This document shows positions 55,481 through 64,000 of a DNA stretch of 64,000 nt, one piece after another. Position 1 is the stretch's first letter; each line of letters starts with the position of its first letter. The stretch lies in the NCBI RefSeq assembly GCF_964204645.1, contig NC_134026.1, positions 27,810,150 through 27,874,149 of the forward strand. The letters run 5' to 3'. This stretch comes from Tubulanus polymorphus (taxonomy: Eukaryota > Animalia > Nemertea). The position numbers were made by a program, and so were the translations under genes. The notes under the pieces are model-generated. The model had not been told where the DNA came from and made no database searches. It saw only the letters and a list, made by a program, of their open reading frames with translations.

Positions 55481-58400
55481 GTTAGTGAATTGCGTGATAA
55501 CAACATATCCAATGAATTGTCTCACTGTACAGTCAGTGACAATCATTCACATCACTATTCAATGCCGCGATAAACATTCAATTCATTCCTCAGTCTTTTT
55601 TTAGATTTATGAATTTTTCATATCCATGATATACAAAAGTCTACTGAGCAAGTGGAAAACTGTTTTAAAAGGTATCAAACAACCTTCACGATAATAACTA
55701 AAGAACTGAAAATAAAATCAATTCACACCGGATACTCTGAAAAGTGAATTCATTTGATTGTTATATAAAGTCTCTTGATATTTGATAAGTTAGTTCGAGA
55801 ATATATTCTGACTTGATATTTCAAACACCCTCTAGGCTTCAAACAAAATAAATGCATATCACAAATCGATATCAGAGATTTTGAAAGTTAACTTGCCTCT
55901 AACTATATCATACTGAATAGTCATATCTCTTAATTCAAAAAGTAGCTCATTTTAGGAAGAGAATGCAGAAAATATACTTTCAGGTAATCATAAAGGTATC
56001 GGTATAAATCTAAATATACTAGTGGATATATTTCAGGGGTTTGCCAATAACATGAGATACTGAATGCAAAATAGACACTTCATAGATTATTCACGATAAA
56101 CTCACTATTATTGGTTTAAAATTGATTCAGTCCTAACCCGTCAATTACAACATTGTTTATTGTACAGTACCATCCTCGTCAAAAATAATCTATCATTTGT
56201 TTTGGGTTTTAGAGGATTACTACTTAAGCACATAGGGAAATCAATCATATCACCATGGAGTATGAGAAAGGTAATCTTCCTATTGGCACTTGTTACAATA
56301 TCGAATAAATTGGATCAAAATATAGAGATTCCTGACGACAAGACAAGGAAATATATTTACTAGTCCTCAGTGATGATCCATCTTATTTGATGATCCATTA
56401 TTGGGGAACTAATCGTGAAAATATGTTATAGAAGCAGAAAAACTTATCAAAAGGAATCTGAGAAACCATCCAGCGAGCAAAAAAATTCAAAAAGCCAATA
56501 AAAAGAATGAAACTTTGGGAACAAAGGCAGTTACTGGTAACAACAAAGATGATACGCTGGATATAATTATCATGGAACACATGTCTGTGGGCGTAAAAAT
56601 GAATACAATTCTTACGCAATTCAGCAAAAAAATTGTGCCTGCAGATAAAGTGCAAGATAGATCCAGCAAAGCTTGACATTCGTAGCTATAACCGATGAAT
56701 TGTTATAAATACATTCATTCCATTCACGTGATATAGTTTTATATTATCCCATATATCCGATGATATATCTTATGATGTAATATTGCTTCTAGAACGTTTC
56801 TGCCGTGAATTCTTGTTTTTGCTGAAAGAGCAACCTGATCGTTAGGCTGCCATAATAAGTAGTTGTTAGATACATATTTAATTAGATGGTGAATGTAGGA
56901 AACCTGATAGATATTATACTTGACTTCTTAATCGAATCTACGCGAGTTGCCATCACAAAAGTTTTAGTTAAGTCTCTAATGTCCATATCCGATTTTCCCC
57001 GAGACATTTCAGACTGACCATAGATAAAATGAATATCATATCAATTTCACTTTTCGGAAAGCATTAACAATTTGATTTATTGCTTCAGTCAAGACCCATG
57101 CATTTGCTCCTTCAAGTGCAGTCTCGGAAAATGTATATTCTAGTCAATATGGCATTATACAATGTATATGAATTAGTGACGTCACTTGAAAGCTAATCAA
57201 TAACCCAATAACAAACACATTTGCCATTTAAAAAGCTTATCATTTAATAGCAAGAACATCATCATCATCATCGGCAATATTTAAAACTTGATTAATATTG
57301 ACAAATTCACCAATTATGAATAATGATTGGATACAATTCAAGAAGTAATAGAAAAGGCATCGAGGAATAAACTGTGACTGATCATTACTGTGATGATAAC
57401 CGGAACCTTTCTTCAATAATTCACCACATTTCACCCATTTTAAATCTAGAAATCATTCGTGCAGAAAATTCTATGAAAACCATATTTGAAGCCAAGACTA
57501 ATGTTTAAGGTCAGAATCTGATATGGTTTAATAGGGACAGCAGGAACAGATGATGTAACAAGAACTTGCTACGGATTCTTCATCTTCGGGGATGCGAAAC
57601 ATGCATCCATGACATTTCCACTGATGAGGCATGAGATTACGATCTGCCTGCGGTAAAATAAATGGACGTCTCTCAAAGAAGTTTGAGATAAAAATTATCT
57701 GAAAAGACCAAACTACGAATTACGATGACGAAGACCCTGTTTTCAACGTAAATGGTTTTCATGATGAGAATTATACACAGTTAATGAACAGAGGATGGCA
57801 TCGCAATGACAGCCGTCTATGTGCAACGGAAATTGGGCCATTACTCGGGACAAAAGTCCTATTTACAGAACATTACACCCGTGTTATACAACCATTGAGG
57901 GCCCTTTTTTCACCAATTTCCTTAATGGAAGTTCAGCAAAGTGTAAAGATAGCCGGTACGAAAATGAGTGGAGAAAATATTGCGGAAGATCAATATGCAA
58001 ACATAACATTTATGATATCTTCTTTTGTGTGACAGTGTATACAGGTAGAAAATATAATTAAATGTGACCACAAGAAATACTGATGAAGCTGGCACTGGGG
58101 CTTTTCCTGCCTTTGAACTGTAATGTCTTTCGATTACTTATAATATCTCTTTATCAGATTACTGTTGGCAAAAATCCAAGCTAATTTAGAGAGATGATCA
58201 TTGTATATAGAAAGATCAAGTAGGATATAATAGATATATCTAGGTTTTTTACAGCCAGCTTATATGACAAATATTATAGATCATTGGGCATTAGACAGTA
58301 AATTCATCAATTCCAAAAACTGTTCTATACAAAAAACCTAATAATTTGTGAAGGAATGATACTTGGAGAGAAGTAAAGCGATACTCAAATAGATCCCAAC

Positions 58401-61293
58401 TCATATCATCGGAGATCAATCATATTAAAGATGACCAATGTCAGTTAATATAGCTATTGAAATATCCACGATTTACTGTATCAAGCCTTCGAGTTAAGTC
58501 CCCTGGTACTGATGACAAGCTAAATGGGTATGACGCTACTAGATCAGATATAGAATCAGCATTCCCAAGTGGTGCAAATACGAGAGATGGACACGCCAGA
58601 TGTTGTCAAATAACTGTCACCCTTAGTAAACATGATGCTATTCTCAGCTATGTTAATTAGGTCCGTGAAACCTAGGATATGATTATTTAAGTGCAAGATT
58701 CAGATTACATACAGTTTCTATCTGTGTGTATTGAAAACCTTTTGGCACCTAAAAAGTAACAGATAAAAATCGAAGATACCCGTCTTGAAATAAATGAAAC
58801 TTGAGCAAGTACATGTCTCTATGAAGCGGATTCCATAATGACCGCAAAAGACTATATCTATATAATGTCAAGTGGGTAACATTTTGCCAATGGCACTAAA
58901 TAAACATTCACACCTATGTAACATCCGCCAAAATCAATGCATTTTGATTAGTGCTAAGTTATATATTCATACATCCAAAATTGTTGAAAAAATTGATCAT
59001 GTTACTCGCTTACGTGTAAAACTGATTGATGATAAAGACATTGTTATGTGCTTCTATTTTCTGTCACTTTCTTTTTTTTTAGAAGCAAGCGAAGAAAGGT
59101 GTGGTCCTTTTGACGAACTCACAGCAATACATAATTGTTATTAAACAGTCCATAAAACAGGAATTAGTAGCAGCAGTTTTCTTATAGACTAATATAAACC
59201 ATAAAACATCTTCAAAGAACAAACAAAAATTTTTTTTGCAGAAATACTTAATGTCTTACACACAGTGAATTGACCATTACATGATAAAGTTTAAGAAACA
59301 ATTATTGTTCCTAGGGATTTTGTGGTAAAAAGTTCTTCTCATTACGTGCCTTGTTGAATAATACAATAATAGTCATTCATATATCACATAAAAGTATTTT
59401 TTCAAGTTTATTTGGAATGGTACAATATACATAGGTACTGGAAGATGTGTGTTAGACATGCAATTAGCCAATTTAAGCATGAGCTTGTTTGATTAATCCA
59501 TGTTAGTATAGCTGTGTGCTATAACACCTGCCTAACTCTACATCCATGTATGAATGTATGAACGGAAATTGGAAAGACAAATATACTGCAGTAATCATAT
59601 CTAAGCTTTACAGAAAGAAATCAAATACCGGCAGATGAATTGTGGTTCTACGTACTGGTACTGATAAAAAATTGATACCCTAAAAATACATGGAAATGTG
59701 CAAATTATTGATTGAATCAGTAGAGCCTTTATCGCCGCGTGTATTTTTGCAAGGCGGTAGTGAATCTTGATGAGAGATGAAAATGCAATCATTTTCACCT
59801 CGGATCGTAAATGACATCTGCTTTTACAACTGTCATTACAGCGCCTGTTTCCCTCAAAGACATAAAATAAAGATCCATTGAATATTCACAATGATATCAT
59901 AAAGGCTGCAGATACGGTTGTGTATATTATATGGGGTTGTTTTTGTCATTTTTCGCTAGTTTATGTCGGTGTCAGAAGCAATACCTGCGCAGAGTTATTA
60001 CTGCATACCACCACAGGGTTACAATAACCATGTATGACTTTTATAGCTATTACATTCCCAGATGATAACACGGTGGGCGAATCATTCTGATGGTTTATGC
60101 GCTGCTAGTATGCCTGCAAACACACACACACGCGAATAACTACATTATCAATTTCATCAATTTCAATTTAAAATGACCAGGCGCAAAAACTGAGCCAATT
60201 ATCATAATTCTATGCATTTTTTATCCAATTCAGGACAGGAATAACTATCTTTCCTATATCAATATAACTTACTTTATCATACATATTCATTTACACCGTT
60301 CTGAATAATGATTTATCATCTAATGATCGTTAATGGCATAATCATTAATTTCCAAACAGATAAGAAATAGCCGAAACTTTCTCGCGAGTACTAATTGTCT
60401 TTTCTACTGTGTCTGACCTAATGGAGCAATGAGCAATTGATTTTCGTATTCCGGCGAAGACCATTAAAGTGGTATGATTGACCTATTCGCCTCATCAATG
60501 CAATCATATGTGAATATTTATGAGAAAAGAGATGGGAACAGACTCTCAGCTTTTATTGATGGCTTTCTGGTTTAATGCTAGGAGATGTTAGCTAATGGCA
60601 TTTGTTTAATGTGCCAGGACCGATGTGGTCAAATGACCAATCATCGCAGACAGGGCTGACCACTTCACACACAGCTTACTGTATAATCAATTTATGTATG
60701 TATTTTGTTTTATAAGATTGTCACTACTCGAGCTGTCTTCTTGACCGAATACCAGAGAAAGAACAGTTACTTCTACATCGACGGTACAGCGTTTTAACTT
60801 TATCGGCAATAGCTTTGAAGCACACTGCGCTAGTATGAACCACAAAACTTCCCGATACTCTCTTATGTTACCATTAAAACGCATGTTAAAAAAGTATCAT
60901 GATCGGTCAATGCGCGATATTACTGGTTCAGATGTTGATGAATATTTGTCATATAAGGGTTGTGATCGGGTTCGGTGAACAGTGCTTCACAAACAAAATG
61001 AGACCGTAAAACATTAAGTCAAGGATTCTCCTGTTGGGTAGAACACTTCATCAGTAGTGTCAGAGATAATGGAACTTTCTCTCCAAATAATCCACTCGAC
61101 ATCAAGCGCAGGTTAATTGATTTTATATGTGCATCAGGTTATTCAGCATATTCAGCACATTACTAGGTTACATCCTTAATGTCAAGGAACTCTTTATATT
61201 TACTGGGTTCTCACCATTGGCAAATTGATCTGTGGTTTAAAATATTAAATTGGAATTGGATACGAATACTTATCCTAATAAATAAATGAAATC

Positions 61294-61318
61294 TATGTAT
61301 GTATGTATGTATGTATGT
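61294..61318. repeat. (TATG)n microsatellite
   Basis: tatgtatgtatgtatgtatgtatgt. Confidence 0.8.
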
Positions 61319-64000
61319 TAGCCTACACTTCTTTTTTCAATTTTTCATCTCTTGGAAATTAAGCTGAACATCAAGAAAAAGGACTTCATTTCACTAGGAT
61401 GGATGATTTTGCGTCAGCAGATTTCACCTTACGATCAATATTGATGAAAACATCATTTGGGAAGGCAGAGGAACAGCTGTATTTCCTACGAGAAGCACAG
61501 CATGCTTCTGTTTATCAAGATCTGTCCATTAAGACTGAACTACATATAGTCATCAGATACAAATCCCTGAATCCTATAATAAACTATCAATAAAGTAACT
61601 TGAACCAAAATATTCCACCGAAAGTTGCAACAATGGGAATTTTTTAGCGTTATACGAAACACACCGTTGAGTACTTGCAACTTAAGCTCAGCCATCTCCA
61701 TTTATCCGAACTTGTCATGTGATTACTAAAGTTATGATACATACGGACGAAAAATAATATGATACTGCAAACCTTATGCCTAACGCGGAAACTCAATACT
61801 GTGGAAGATTAATCAGTTACTGAGACATTGTGAAAGATAATGCATTGCTCAGGACGAATAGATTGAAATCACGAAGTTGTTATGAGGAGGGATGATTAGA
61901 AAGTAAGGCGCAGTAGTGGTCTGATTTCACTGCGGATCTTCAAATCAGTTTAATCAGTAGTGAAGGTTCACTTATAAAAACTTGCTGCATCTAAACTGCA
62001 TCACAGAAAATACATAGCTCTACATTCACATTTTTAAGGTGACTCTGATGTCAGCTCGTTTGATTCCTCGCGTTAAAAATTAAGGTTGTAGCAAGAACAT
62101 AGTGATTCCTAATGATGATACAGCCAGTGGTTGATGAGGTACCAATCAGGAAATGTTCACTGATGCAGTGATAACATCACTGAAGAATTAGGCTAACCAG
62201 CGAGCTAACAACATGTACCGCGCTACAATGTAGTTGAAATGAAATCTTTGAAATCGTTATATCTGAAACTTACGCCTAATGAAGGAATCCGAGCAGAAAA
62301 TAATCAGAAACATCTCATTTCAATAAGAAATAGATTGATCTCATTCGAGGATTCAATTTCAGTAAACATACCGAACAAATCATTCAATCGATGATCCACC
62401 TCATTCCTAAAACTGTGATAAAATCCTTAAATTGAATAGATGTTCTCAACAAGTCATTATGCTGTACTACAACTCGAGGAGTTGCTAACTAACTTATCAG
62501 ACTTTTACGATATACGTGATGATCTGCAGAAGACAATGCATGCTAAACGGCCAATAAGTACCTATAAAGGGCACAGTGGGAGCTAACTAATTCTGTAGGA
62601 TGATGACTGCGGTAGATTCAGCAGCTCCTTCAGCATGATTCAGCGGACAAATAAAATTCCGCTAACTGCGCCGATTACGACCCATCCGGGAATATGTGTC
62701 AATTGTATATCGCGACGATAAATACAGTAGAACATCACACACACAGGTCATTGATGATTCTATCAACGATCTTCGCTAAACATATATGCACCCCCTGATA
62801 CTGCCCTGATGAACATTTCTCAATTATATAAAAACCCAAAACGGCCATGAAAAAACTTCACTTCATCTCGATAACAATACGACGACAAATAATTGTCTAT
62901 TTGTCAAGGGAAACAGTTGTAAATTGATACACATCTTGGCAAATCGGCGAAGATCTTCGAACATCCTTTGATAAACACTAGTAGTGTGTCAAATGTACAC
63001 ACCCATTGGGATAAAGAAACACACCCGGGAAATGAATCAGTTTCCATGATTTGTGAGTGTCAGTAAAAGGATTTGCTGATTTGTCCGTAAACGTGACATT
63101 CATAAGTCTTGATAGCGGAACTCGGGAATCTGTACAAGTGACAATGAAGATACTTCTCGCATCTATTACAATACCTGAACACCCTAGACCAGAACATCGC
63201 ATAAAGATTTCGTTAAAAATCATCCTATCCAACACATTCAACATTATCAGTACTTTCTAAACCTAAAATCTAATGGACAGAGTTATTTTATTGCGAGTAG
63301 CTGCCACCTCATTGGTAATAGGGCCCAAGTAATAAAGACTGGTGCACTGTTAAAAGTTTATGTCTTAGATGTTAGAGAAGTCATTTGTTTCTGTGAAGTC
63401 ATTAAGGTTGGGTAAAGCAATCGATCAAGTGGGTGGCTATGTCACTACACACACAAACACCTCGACAATAGTGTCGTATAAAAGTTTGGTTTCTTGATTC
63501 GGAAAATGTGGAAATAAATGACAACAACTAACAGTACGTAAATACTTTATAGTGAATCTAGTAAAATTCTTCTACTTAAGTAAACATATTTACCTGAAAT
63601 GAAAAAAATTGAAGAATTGAGTATTAAGTTGAATAAAATAATGACAGCTCTATCGTATTTTTCTTGTAGATTTTCAAAACACTTAAGACTGGGGGTAGTA
63701 CAAACTAGAGTCCCAGGGGGCACAACGGCTAGCCTGCAGTATTCGCTTTTCATAAAAACATACAATTAGTAGGCTATATTTGACAAGATACACCCTCTGA
63801 TTTACGCAGTAAAATTGTATATTTAAGGTAACACACACAGTGAAAAAGCCTTTCATCTTGAAACCATATTTTTTAGATTCATTCTACTTGTCCATAGGCT
63901 TTGCCTACGGTCTAACAGAAATCATTATAAGTAATCATAATCATTCTTTTTTCATATCGTCAAATATTTTCAAACAGAAGGTTTTTCAGTATATTTCACC

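Noticed and set aside
43300-64000. Many 60-136 aa ORFs in the ORF track
   Set aside because: AT-rich, many with non-ATG starts, no domain motifs or consistent splice phases. No transposase or reverse transcriptase motifs.

Overview
AT-rich eukaryotic (animal, probably non-vertebrate bilaterian) genomic DNA with spliceosomal GT-AG introns. It is not prokaryotic. The left ~30 kb is gene-dense with ~65-100 nt introns. In order it holds: the 5' part of a BTB-BACK (Kelch-like) gene with a 62-aa single-TM microprotein ORF just upstream (-); DHX15/Prp43 (-); a two-TM E-NTPDase (CD39/GDA1 family) with an unexpected N-terminal ubiquitin-like domain (-); glycogen debranching enzyme AGL (+); an LRR protein (-); and an uncharacterised low-complexity protein (+). 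The right ~34 kb is one long-intron gene on the minus strand, an Srrm2/3/4-family RS protein with a clear eMIC domain (RRRIGSPSHLDKRRITSARKRPIPYYRPSP). The most interesting signals are inside that gene: a candidate array of six 4-13 nt microexons that join into one stop-free 66-nt frame, a 6-nt microexon and a stop exon inside the eMIC-splitting intron, a cwf21-less first exon, and AG|GT recursive-splice-like sites. DHX15 also shows candidate autoregulatory elements. Several MITEs and microsatellites are present. All exon structures were assembled by eye with no transcript data.
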